From Octopus bimaculoides (lineage: Eukaryota): DNA of 64,000 nt. The notes under the pieces were generated by a model that saw only the letters and a program-made list of their open reading frames with translations, was not told where the DNA came from and made no database searches. A program made the position numbers and the translations under genes. This document shows positions 52,978 to 64,000 of the stretch, one piece after another. The stretch spans positions 30,173,584-30,237,583 of the forward strand of contig NC_068991.1 in NCBI RefSeq assembly GCF_001194135.2. Direction: 5' to 3'. Numbering within the stretch: the stretch's first letter is position 1; each line of letters starts with the position of its first letter.

Positions 52978-53766
52978 AGTATGATTTAAAACCAATTCAA
53001 GGGTCGCTGGATGGGTGAGTGACTTAGATAAGAGGGACTAGCTATATACTTTCCTATTCTGATTTCAAATCCAACTAGGTCCATTCTGCATTTTTTGTTT
53101 TCTTTTCTAGGGTTATAAATTAAATCCCAATTACATACTAATGTAGAAGAAGATTAATCAAATATAATACTTACTTGAATATATGCAGTCTGCAAACTAG
53201 ATATGACTGCAAAATCTTCCTCAGGTCACTTCCTCGTTGCCTCGTGAAAGGAAGGATAGATTAGATAACTCTAGTTCTAGGGAAAACACCTTCCATCCCT
53301 AAAACATATGTTGCTGATAGCTGTAATATTTTTTTATGATAACAAGGTTGATAAGAGGCTTAAACAACAACTACTACAATAACAACAACCACGCGTGACC
53401 TTCCGTCATTATCAGAAATCGATATCGTACAGTGAAATCAGTAAACTCGTATAAAAAGCTAATTCGGTGGAAGGGGAATGTGTCGATTCTTTGCATCGGT
53501 CATAAATTGCTGTGTGCCAGGGTGTTAGGATCGGATCTCTGAATAGAACCGTCCCCTATTACAGTTAATAGATGAAGAGACATGCAACTATTAAAGACAG
53601 TCATTCTAGGGCAATTACTCAGAGTATTTATATTCTGTCAACATTGAATCCTTTTCAACTGTTCAATAATTATGAATGCCTGTGACAAGTTCAAAGAAAT
53701 AATAGACAAACGTTATCGGTAATTCATGTCGGTTTGTTGTCGCTGTTGATATTATTATTGTTGTTA

Positions 53767-53967
53767 AGGTGGCAAACTGGCAGAATCGTTAGCACGCCAG
53801 GTAAAATTTCGTCCATCTTTACATTCTGAATTCGAATGCAGCTGAGGTCACCTTTGCCTTTTATCCTTTCAGAGTCGATACAATAAATAGCAATTGAGCA
53901 CTAATGTCGATATAATTGACATATTCCCTCTCCCAAAATTGCTGGCCTTGTGTCAAAATTTGAAACC
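53767..53967 (+). mobile_element. SINE family A, full length
   Basis: GGTGGCAAACTGGCAGAATCGTTAGCACGCCAGG...TTGCTGGCCTTGTGTCAAAATTTGAAACC. Confidence 0.9.
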
Positions 53968-54419
53968 ATCAGTATTATTGGGGTTGTTTAACCCCAGCTA
54001 AATTCTTATTAGGAAACCTTATGATTAAAGATACCCCTCTTGTGACCATGATGTTTTACTTTGAGAGTGTATTCTCTGTAGGGCTGTATTTCACAATATG
54101 TGCTTCATTTTAATTATTTTTAATTCGATAGGTTAAGAGTTCAGGAAGAATTGTCTGCTAATTCTAGCATTGGACTTTATCTAATAATGGTGACGAGACA
54201 CTCAACACTAATTTACAGCTCGTCGTTTAACTGTTTATCGATTTCTCCATTAACTTTTATTGTGCATTCCAGGGTTTAAGCGAGAAGGAACGGGAAGTTG
54301 TGACGTTCATCTCTTGTCCCTTCCTGTGTCTAAAGACGACAAATATTAGCGTATGATCTATAATCCCAATGTCAGTTAGCAGTGTCTCGCTACCATTTCA
54401 GTGAGGTATAAGATGTATA

Positions 54420-54645
54420 AAACTTCTGATACACAGAAATGCAGACTGTGGAAAGAGTGTGGAAAATGTGACCCACTTGGTAAGTGGATGTGAGAGCCTT
54501 GCACAAAAAGAATACAAACCCCACCACGATAAAGTGTGTGTGTGTATCTTCATTGGCTCTTATGCCCTAAATACCAATAAGAAGTAACAGAATTGGTTTG
54601 AGCATGTACCAAGTGAAGTTATGCAGGAGGATGGAACAAGCAAAA
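54420..54645 (+). mobile_element. R4/Dong-like LINE fragment (CCHC region)
   Basis: KCRL..KSVENVTHLVSGCESLAQKEYKPHHDKV..NWFEHVPSEVMQED. Confidence 0.8.
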
Positions 54646-55100
54646 CGGATCCAGCAGAATGCAAAATGAACGGGCAGAAACAGATTGAGGAGCGGTGTAG
54701 CCAGAAGCCTCTGCATGAACAGTATATATTTCGAAGCCGAAATGCTGATGTAGACAAAGCAACAACCCATCAGTGCTGAGAGCAGAGATTGAAGGCTTCA
54801 TTTTGGTGGCACAAGACCAAAGCTTGCTTACCACAAACTATCAGGCTAACGTTCTTCAAATCGGTTCTGACCCTAAATGCAGATTCTGCGATACATTTGA
54901 CAAAACTATAGACCATCTTGTCTCGGGATGTCCTGTGTTGACTAGACGAATATAAAGATCACAATAGGATAGGACAGTATTTACATTGGAAAATATGTAA
55001 ACAGTACAAAATCAACACTCCTGCTTACTGGTACGAACATCATCCAGAGTCAGTCGTTGAAAGTGAAGATGTTACTAACCTCTGGGATTTTCCATTTGAA
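54646..55100 (+). mobile_element. R4/Dong-like LINE fragment, lineage A (paralog of about 36420-36840)
   Basis: AEIEGFILVAQDQSLLTTNYQANVLQIGSDPKCRFCDTFDKTIDHLVSGCP..QYLHWKICK..YWYEHHPESV..LWDFP; roughly 80% identical by eye to the 36-kb copy. Confidence 0.9.
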
Positions 55101-55247
55101 TTCATGCAGCGTGCAGTGTCTGATGTAGATTTGATCTGAACTCATTTTAAAAGGAGAAAATCGATATGATTTTAACCATTATGGTATAAAGTAAACTGCA
55201 AAGAAAGGGAAGAAATCATTAGAATGTAAAAGTTGATGTTATATTAC

Positions 55248-55303
<56 letters not shown>

Positions 55304-55539
55304 NNNNNNNNNNNNNNNNNNNNNNNNNNNNNNNNNNNNNNNNNNNNNNNNNNNNNNNNNNNNNNNNNNNNNNNNNNNNNNNNNNNNNNNNNNNNNNNNN
55401 NNNNNNNNNNNNNNNNNNNNNNNNNNNNNNNNNNNNNNNNNNNNNNNNNNNNNNNNNNNNNNNNNNNNNNNNNNNNNNNNNNNNNNNNNNNNNNNNNNNN
55501 NNNNNNNNNNNNNNNNNNNNNNNNNNNNNNNNNNNNNNN

Positions 55540-55610
<71 letters not shown>

Positions 55611-56574
55611 GTCTGTCTGTCTTTCTTTCTCTTACCTTACTTTCTGAAATATTTTGTTGCCAATTTCATTCAATGTTTCTTCAGACGAAGTTAGTTTTTA
55701 TTAGAAAATGATTAATTCGGTTTAGTTTTCTTTCATTTAGAATATTTTTTATATCCTCAAAGGACCAAAATTTAATAACCGAAGTGCAGATTCTGTAAAC
55801 GACTTCAAAAAAACCTCATCTATATCATATATAAATGTGTGTGCGTGTGTGTGCGTGTGTATCTGTGTGTGTGTGTGTATCTATGTATGTATATGCTGCA
55901 TGAAGTAACGTTTCTAGATTGCTATGTGTTATAACTCCGACTGAAAATATGATCTAACGGTGGATGGTGAGAGTTTTGCCCCAGTACAATTAGAACTTTG
56001 CCAACTGTCTCAGTTACACTTAGATATATCAAAACAGTAAACAAGACGCTAATACACAGTTTGTATGTAGTCAGCGAAAATTACTGTTAGCATCTATTTT
56101 ACTGCTTACATCCAATACATAATGCCACCGTATCTTTCCCCAACCCTTCTTTTAAGCTATATCACCATTCATGCTTCTTTCACTAAATTCCTGTATCACC
56201 TATAGCTTTCTTAAAGAGCTCTGTAGTTTAAGATCTAGCAGTAACGCTTAGACAGTATTTGCTCGATGGGGCTTTGTACGACGGGAACGTATCGTAACAT
56301 CCCTTTCGTAAATCCAACCCATTGTCTCCTACGTAGTATTTTTGTCATAATTGGCCAATCAGACAATGATACGTTTAGCCGTAGTAGTGCGCAGGTGTTT
56401 TCAGTCACACACGGATCATATATAAACCAATCACGAAATGATTAATGAATCTCGTTGAATAGAAAGTTTCAAACAATAAGGTAGGAATTTTGGTCTTCTC
56501 TCCGCACCCCTTATGCAGATATTTCACTGTAATCGAAGCTAATGAGTTGGTGTTACATGCTAGAACTGTTTGAT

Positions 56575-56772
56575 TATCATTTTACTTGTTTCAGTAATTA
56601 GACTATGGCCATGCTATCGCATCCCCTTCAGGAATTTTAGTAAAACTAATCGACCCCACTACTTATTTTCCTTTTCAGTTTGGTACTTATTTTATATCGG
56701 TTTGTTTTGTCGAACTGCTAACTTTTGGGGACGTAAACATACCAAAATCGCTTGTCAAGCAGTGGTGGGGGT

Positions 56773-56856
<84 letters not shown>

Positions 56857-57010
56857 CGGCGAGCTCCTTTCAGTTTCCGTCAAACAAATCTACTAACCAG
56901 ACTTTGGTTGACCCGAGGCTATAGTAGAAAACATTTGCTCAAGATGCCATACAGTGGAACTGAAACCGGAATCATCTGCTTGGTTCTTACCACGCAGCTA
57001 CCCCTGCGCC
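56575..57010 (-). mobile_element. SINE family B, full length, with expanded internal (CA)/(TA)
   Basis: Head GGCGCAGGGGTAGCTGCGTGGTAAG on the minus strand; core and tail match family B. Confidence 0.88.
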
Positions 57011-57269
57011 TATTAAGTCAGCTTTCGAAGATTATAAGCTTCATAGTTATGTAGTCTCAGTTCAAAACTGATCAATCCAATTCAATCCGTCCTTTGAGAA
57101 CAATAAGACCCTCCATTCAAACCAAACAGCAACGCTGATTATGAATAGCAGCGATATGGCTGAAGTAGCTAGGAGACCGATTAAGGCATTAAATACACAG
57201 ACGGTAGGGTATCCTATATGTAACATATTAACAGCAAAGATCTTAATCTTCTTGTTGATATGTGTGAGT

Positions 57270-59120
57270 TTGTGAGTGTATGTCAATATTCAGTTTATTT
57301 CAAGATTTCTTGTCAATAGAGAAAGAACCGGTTCCTAACCTAGATCCAAGGTTCCTTCATTGGAATTTCAGCATCAACAACAGGGTATTTTTGTTTGTAT
57401 ATATGTATGTGCAGATTTGTATGTTTTATGTATGTATTCTCATGCATATAGTTGCATATCTAGGCATGTTCATATATATTTAAATTATAGACTTCTGGAA
57501 AGTTTTACAAATTTGTACAGTTCCAATGATGGATTGGATCTGTAGTCTTCAAATTAGCTTTCTCCTTTCTGGTTTTGAGAAGCCAAATTTCTCGAGATTG
57601 GTATTTAGGTAGTGTGTTACATATCCCAGGGCCCCAATAATTACAGGTATAAACCTGAACTTGTAATTCTATTCGAGTAACTGCAGATTTCTCAATAGTT
57701 CAGCATAGGTGTTCTCTTTTTCACTGATCTTCAGCTTCATGTTAACATCCGCTGGGCAGCTAATTTCCTCAACTGCACAGTTTCTCTTCTGTATCCCAAA
57801 TCATTATATCAAGTCTGTTGTGCGTGCATTTTATTGAGGTCCTCACTGGTACATTCCACCAGTATTCCTTTTCATTATGAGTGACTATGGCTTCTACCAT
57901 ATTGTGAGATTTTATTTCTTTGTCCTCGGGATTATCCTTCCGACGGATTTCATTACATAGTGTACTAGCTACAACGTCATGTCTCATCGGTAGATAATAC
58001 CGTGATGACATTTTTAGACAACTGCTTATGATGTGCGTGATATCTTCAGTGTGAACTCCACAAAGTCTGCATTTATTGTCACATTTAACAGCTTTTCCTG
58101 CATCTCTATCCTTTTTGTGCATCAGGTACTTGGTTGATATTTCTTGTTCCTGTATTGCAAACGCATACCCTTCAAAGTGGGAGTTAGTAATCCGGCTATT
58201 CGTCTATGATAAACTGCTTTGATGATCGATGTTACTATCATCACGGAACTTTATACAAACATATCCATGCATAGTCTTCTGCTCATATAGGCTCATCCGT
58301 TCTGATGATATGTTGCATTTTGGATCGATGTTAAACCCCTGCCGCCTTGTTTTCGCTTTAGTTACAGGCGGTCCACGTCACTATTTATGTGGAAATTATG
58401 TGTGCTTGTTAGTTTCGGGTTTTCACATCTACGTCTTGGATCTCATCAAGCGTCCAATCAAGCAGCCCAAATATTGGTATGAGTACCGGCACTGGGTACA
58501 CATTGTACGCCACTGTTTTATTGAATGCAGAAAGTACTGAGGTCCAAAGTTTCTTTATTCGGCTGTAATATTCTTTAGTGACACCTGTTTTGTTACAGGT
58601 GCCATTGTATGATAAATTCTCATCCACCTCTAGATACCTGTAACATTCCTCGTCAGATACAGTGGAAACTGTCAAATCATGTTACTAATCTGATTTATAG
58701 TCTTCCCCTTTTCACAACCATATAACATTTATCATAACCAAACTCCAACCCTACGTCCTTTGAAAATGTTGTAACTAGGTCAAGACTCTTTTTCATCTCA
58801 TGCATATTCTTTGCATAAAGTTTTAAGTCATCTACAAAGAAACAAGGTGTAATTTTGCTCTATTTATGTTTCCTTGTGAACCAGTGAGATATCCTTCAGA
58901 CTTCCTTAACATGAATGACAAGAGGTTTACAGAAAGTATAAACAACATCGCAGAGAGGCTGTCTCTTTGGAATATGCCTTTGCGATATGGTATTCCATCG
59001 GTGATATTACAGTCACTTTTTGTGTTTAATTTCAAGATGGCGGCCCACGATGAAGTCAGGTCAGCTATGGCTTTGACTATTCTCACTGGAACTTTAGCAA
59101 GTTGAAAGGCTTCAAGCATC
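57270..59120 (-). mobile_element. R4/Dong-like LINE, 5'-truncated (lineage C)
   Basis: KGIFQRDSLSAMLFILS (RT4), VDDLKTYAK (RT5), FGYDKC, CYRYLEVDE, KQGGRGL, KCRLC..EDITHIISSC (CCHC), HNRLDIMIWD..EISCP (RLE), IPVIIGALG, and a 3'UTR. Confidence 0.92.
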
Positions 59121-59485
59121 TATGAGTGTATGTATGCATGTATGTATGTATGTATGTATGTATGTAAGTATGTATATATGTATGTACGTACGTAATATAT
59201 GTATATATGTATTAGTCAAAACTTCTGATCAACTCATTGGAGTTATCTCTCCTTTGTTGTTTTATTCGATTTTAGATGTTAGGCACTTCTAGGCTGACCT
59301 TTACTAATTAAATAATTTCAGTGCATTGATGTCTTCTAATTCCCTGTATTACCAGTGCCTGAGACTCTACCATACGCACACATACCTGCGTTCACTTACG
59401 CGCATATTTATTGTAGTCCGTACGCATGTGTACGTATGTATACATACACACACACACACACTTATATTGTATAAGTATGTATGTG

Positions 59486-59535
<50 letters not shown>

Positions 59536-59564
59536 TTCTACATATATGTATACACACATACATA

Positions 59565-59790
59565 CATTGGGCTGGCCAACACCTTGTGAGTGGAATTGAT
59601 AGAGAGAAACTGAAAGAAGACCATATCATGTTTGTGGGGGTGGGGTTGTCCCCACATCACCGCTTGGCAACCGGTGTTGGTGTGTTTTTGTCTCCGTCAC
59701 CTAGCGACTCATCAAAAAAGAGATTGGTAGAATAATTACCAAACTTTAAAAGAAAATAAATAATGGGGGTCGATGCATTCAACTGAAAAA
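59565..59790 (+). mobile_element. SINE family B, 5'-truncated old copy
   Basis: CTTGTGAGTGGAATTGATAGAGAGAAACTGAAAGAAG...CACCGCTTGGCAACCGGTGTTGGTGTGTTT. Confidence 0.75.
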
Positions 59791-60042
59791 TGGCTCAGCT
59801 GGACCGACGTCTAAATGACTTTGTTTGCTTGAGTCTAGNNNNNNNNNNNNNNNNNNNNNNNNNNNNNNNNNNNNNNNNNNNNNNNNNNNNNNNNNNNNNN
59901 NNNNNNNNNNNNNNNNNNNNNNNNNNNNNNNNNNNNNNNNNNNNNNNNNNNNNNNNNNNNNNNNNNNNNNNNNNNNNNNNNNNNNNNNNNNNNNNNNTGT
60001 GTGTGTGTGTGTGTGTATGTGTGTGTATGTATACATATATGC

Positions 60043-60281
60043 TATAATTTAGAACAAACAGTAAAAGGTTGTCATTGTAGTACTCGGAATTTTGAGTGTC
60101 GGGGCGAAGAGCAAGGTTATATTTTCGTCAGCTATTAATTGCAACAGACGCTATGAAAATCTGTTGAAGAAAAGGGAAGTTGCCATTAATGGCCGATAAG
60201 AATGTATCGTAGCTCTTCGGTCCGACATTCGAAACTCCGAGTATTACAATGACAACCTTTTACTGTTTGTTCTAAATTATA
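60043..60281. repeat. Foldback element: 70-bp inverted arms, 99-bp spacer
   Basis: Arms at 60043-60112 and 60212-60281; the outer 37 bp are perfect, with about 6 mismatches overall. Confidence 0.92.
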
Positions 60282-60539
60282 ACATATATAAATAATCTAT
60301 CTATCTAATATCGAGGTCTCATTCTTTTGTTGTTACTTTTTATTATATAACTTGCTACACTAGGTAATAATAGAGTCAATGATATCTTCGCAAATTATTT
60401 TCCCGTAAATTATTTTTTATCGTGAATTATTTGCTCCGTATTGAAATTATTTTCTCACTGGTAGTTGCCATGATTTCGGCGCAAAACCAATCAGTTGCAG
60501 CGCAGACTTCAGCTTGGGTTGGGCTCTCTATCATGGTAA

Positions 60540-60592
60540 CGCGTACTGAGGAAAGCGAGACTATTATGCCAGTCCGGAAACCGGTCCACGTG
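60540..60592 (+). ncRNA. Candidate Penelope-type minimal hammerhead ribozyme, probably degenerate
   Basis: CGCGTA-CUGAGGA-aag-CG(A)GACU[attatgcc]AGUCCG-GAAAC-CG-GUC-CACGUG. Has the core boxes, palindromic stem III and a GUC site, but stem I has an A.C mismatch at the first pair. Confidence 0.45.
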
Positions 60593-60763
60593 AGTCCAAA
60601 TGCTTGAATGTATGCTGAGAGATTGTTTTAGCTTGTTTGCCTTTGGACGGTTGATTTCTGTAGTTATTATCAATGTATTTTAGCGATTTAAATAAGAGTT
60701 TTGATTGTTATTTCCAGCAGGTAAACTCACTTAGTATGTCCTATGATTAACTTTAATATATAT

Positions 60764-60848
60764 GGGCAAATGTCTTCTACAATAGCCTCGGGCCGACCAA
60801 AGCTTTGTGAGTGGATTTGGTAGACGGAAACTGAAAGAAGCCCGTCGT
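60764..60848 (+). mobile_element. SINE family B, core segment running into (TA)n and a gap
   Basis: GGGCAAATGTCTTCTACAATAGCCTCGGGCCGACCAAAGCTTTGTGAGTGGATTTGGTAGACGGAAACTGAAAGAAGCCCGTCG. Confidence 0.9.
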
Positions 60849-61446
60849 GTATATGTGTATATATATATATATNNNNNNNNNNNNNNNNNNNNNNNNNNNN
60901 NNNNNNNNNNNNNNNNNNNNNNNNNNNNNNNNNNNNNNNNNNNNNNNNNNNNNNNNNNNNNNNNNNNNNNNNNNNNNNNNNNNNNNNNNNNNNNNNNNNN
61001 NNNNNNNNNNNNNNNNNNNNNNNNNNNNNNNNNNNNNNNNNNNNNNNNNNNNNNNNNNNNNNNNNNNNNNNNNNNNNNNNNNNNNNNNNNNNNNNNNNNN
61101 NNNNNNNNNNNNNNNNNNNNNNNNNNNNNNNNNNNNNNNNNNNNNNNNNNNNNNNNNNNNNNNNNNNNNNNNNNNNNNNNNNNNNNNNNNNNNNNNNNNN
61201 NNNNNNNNNNNNNNNNNNNNNNNNNNNNNNNNNNNNNNNNNNNNNNNNNNNNNNNNNNNNNNNNNNNNNNNNNNNNNNNNNNNNNNNNNNNNNNNNNNNN
61301 NNNNNNNNNNNNNNNNNNNNNNNNNNNNNNNNNNNNNNNNNNNNTGGTATTTATTTTATCGGTTTCTATTGTCGAACCACCTGATACTTATTCTCTAGTG
61401 TTTTATTAAATGTATGTATATGCATATACATATATACACATGTGCT

Positions 61447-61664
61447 ATTTCTTTACTACCCACAAGGGGCTACACACAGAGGGGACAAACAAGGACAGAC
61501 AAACGGATTAAATCGATTATATCGACCCCAGTGCGTAACTGGTACTTATTTAATCGACCCCGAAAGGATGAAAGGCAAAGTCAACCTCGGCGGAATTTGA
61601 ACTCAGAACGTAGCGGGCAGACGAAATACCGCTAAGCATTTCGCCCGGTGTGCTAACGGTTCTG
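61447..61664 (-). mobile_element. SINE family A with a distinct extended 3' tail
   Basis: Body closely matches 17424-17548 and 63485-63696; tail reads ...GTCCTTGTTTGTCCCCTCTGTGTGTAGCCCCTTGTGGGTAGTAAAGAAAT. Confidence 0.9.
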
Positions 61665-61689
61665 CGCGCGCATATATATCCATTTTATC

Positions 61690-61960
61690 TTTTATTTTTT
61701 TATATCTTTTCCTTGTTTCAGGCAATAGACTGGAGCCATGCTGTTCGACCCCGGTGTTTATTTTTTAAGCATGGAATCTCTTTGCCGATCTTCTATGTTA
61801 CGTGGACGTAAACAAACCAAGTTGTCAAGCCAAAGACACACACACATAGATGGGCTTCTTTCAGTTTTCATCTACCATATTCACTCACAATTCTTTAGTC
61901 AGCTCGGGTCTATAGTAAAAAACACTCAAGCGCTCGCACAGCAGGATTGAACCCAAGACA
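61690..61960 (-). mobile_element. SINE family B, degraded
   Basis: TTGTTTCAGGCAATAGACTGGAGCCATGCTG...GGGCTTCTTTCAGTTTTCATCTACC...GGATTGAACCC. Confidence 0.8.
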
Positions 61961-61994
61961 ATTGCTTGGACTTGCCTAGAGTGTATGTCAACTT

Positions 61995-62380
61995 GCCAGA
62001 GAAGCCCTCATCCACTTGGACTCCAGAACCATCCCCTGAGCTACATGTGCAATGAGATATCAGATGATGAAATTGCAATTAGCTGTCGCTGACCCGGTTC
62101 TAATCTCAAGAGCTACGTTATTAGCTAGTCTTTCTAGCGTTGCCCACTTCCGTCACTGGAAACATCATTCATGTCAACCTTGGTTGGTGTCTACATCCGC
62201 TTACTCTGCCGTTACGTTCTTGAAGGGTGGCTGTTTGCGTTCAGTCTGGGATTCTTCTTCGACGATACCGCCATGGGTGATCCCAGCAGGAGTACTTGAC
62301 TCTCGACGACATCGCTCTCAGAGTCATTGAACCCAGAATACCTCCCACTGCAACAAGGAACGACCATGAGAAGAGGACAC
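61995..62380 (+). mobile_element. Possible RTE-clade non-coding fragment
   Basis: Relatively GC-rich. GCCATGGGTGATCCCAGCAGGAG..CATCGCTCTCAGAGTCATTG..CCTCCCACTGCAACAAGG resembles RTE-associated untranslated sequence as I recall it; not database-checked. Confidence 0.35.
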
Positions 62381-63153
62381 ACACACACGCGCGAGCGCGC
62401 ACGCACGCACACACACACACACACACATACACACACACACACACACCGAAATATGTATGCATGTATGTATGTATGTATGCATGTACGTGTGCCTGTATAT
62501 GTATGCGTGTATGTATATACGTATATGTACTATGCTTTTACTGAAAGGTTTGCAATAAATACGCATTTATAAAATCGCCAAACGAGCCATGACGTCATCG
62601 CTTGACGAAGCCAACATCATTTAACGAAACTGTACCGTATTCAGCATCCAGTCGAGACCACGTGACACTGATGTCAGCAATTTTAGCAGAAAGAAAATTG
62701 TACATTTTCTTAGAAGTGTTTTCTTAGTCATGGCTGTAGTTGTGTGTCTCTGTTTTAAGTTGTTTAGTCTGTTAATGATCAGCTGCTTGATTGACAGTAG
62801 ACGCCGTGTGTTTATCTTCTACACAGGGTGCCAGTCATCCTTGAAAGAAACCATCAATGTTTATAGAAATGACGGCTATATAGAGCGGAAATTATGCACG
62901 TCATCTATACAGCACCGCTTATACTATGATGTAATTGATCACGTGTCAATGCTTGAATTGTGTGTGCAGCACGTAGTCGTATATCTGGATGATGATGAAA
63001 GGTGTTGGTGATTGAGGAGCGAAATCACGGTGGGAGAAGCTGCTTTGATATACAGACACGTATATATATATATGTTTGTATGTATGTAGGTATATGTATC
63101 TATGTGTATACAAACACAATATATTAACATATATATATAAATGTATGTAAATA

Positions 63154-63190
<37 letters not shown>

Positions 63191-63309
63191 GTAAGTATAT
63201 ACATATAATAGATACATATACATGCTCTGTATAATATATATGCCTATAAGTGTGCATTTAAAAGCAACAACTTTTCTCGTAGACATTGTATATTAAGAAC
63301 ATGACTGTT

Positions 63310-63696
63310 TTACAGTTTGGGGTGGAGAAAAATCGATTATATCGACACCAGTGCTCAGCTGGTATTTATTTTATCGACTATGAAAGGAAGAAAGGAAGAG
63401 TCGGCCTCAGCGGAATTTGCACTCAGAAAGTGAGGCATGCTAACCATTCTGCCAGCTCGTTGCCGCAACAACAATAACAATCATCTTTTCTACTATAGAC
63501 ACAAGGCCTGAAATTTTGGGGGAGGCTACCAGTCGATTACATTGACCCCAGTGCGTAACTGGTACTTAATTATCGACTCCGAAAGGATGAAAGGAAAAAT
63601 CGACCTCGGTGGAATTTGAACTCAGAACGCGAAGACGGACGTAATACTGCTAAGCATTTTCGGCCGGCGTGCTAACGATTCTGCCAACTCACCGCC
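63310..63696 (-). mobile_element. Two tandem SINE A copies (63310-63465 and 63485-63696)
   Basis: Two heads (GGCAACGAGCTGGCAGAATGGTTAGC and GGCGGTGAGTTGGCAGAATCGTTAGC) with GAGTGCAAATTCC / GAGTTCAAATTCC B-box-like motifs. Confidence 0.92.
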
Positions 63697-64000
63697 TTAC
63701 ACAAAGTCAACGCGCACTATGAGCTGAGAAAGAATGGGCCTCGCTTCAACCACCTTCTCTTCATGGATGATTTAAATCTGTTAGAGAAAACAGAGCCTGA
63801 AAGGGAGAGGCTGGTACAGATGTGCAGCAAGGATATAGGGATGGAATTCGGTATCTCGAAGTGGGCGGTGCTCGCTTTGAAACGGGAGAAAAGAGCAAAT
63901 TGTTGAGACATAATTTTGGCAATGAACTCGCAGACAGTCGCAGTAGTTCGGTACGGCGCTGGAATCCTGGAGTGGATAGAGGAGGAGCGAAAGGAGATGG
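63697..64000 (+). mobile_element. R4/Dong-like RT fragment, cut by the window edge
   Basis: LHKVNAHYELRKNGPRFNHLLFMDDLNLL..SKDIGMEFGISKWAVL..AVVRYGAGILEW; apparent internal deletion of the YKYLG region. Confidence 0.9.

Noticed and set aside
62730-63011. 93-aa ORF with an internal AG acceptor-like site
   Set aside because: No recognisable homology and no convincing donor.

Overview
AT-rich, microsatellite-dense eukaryotic DNA from a draft assembly: 26 N-gaps totalling about 8.1 kb, nearly all flanked by simple repeats. The repeat content (two abundant tRNA-derived SINE families, many R4/Dong-like RLE LINE remnants, (TA)n/(CA)n/(TACA)n arrays) suggests a cephalopod, probably Octopus; this is an inference. 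I found no intact, recognisable host protein-coding gene, tRNA or rRNA, and most ORF-track entries are microsatellite or gap artefacts. The window is essentially a transposon graveyard. It holds seven R4/Dong-like LINE fragments, a CR1/L2-like LINE, a Tc1 (DD34E) and a maT-like (probable DD37D) transposase pseudogene, a mariner-type MITE, Penelope-like remnants and more than 20 SINE copies. The most interesting leads are: (1) a 37-bp-TIR element with a 7-bp target-site duplication that carries internal (TTAGGG)n; (2) several Penelope-type minimal hammerhead-ribozyme motifs, the best at 60540-60592; (3) foldback elements and inverted SINE pairs that could form dsRNA; (4) an in-frame poly-Val microsatellite expansion inside a LINE endonuclease motif; (5) a SINE family with interchangeable 3' tails. 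All alignments and folds were done by eye, with no database search.
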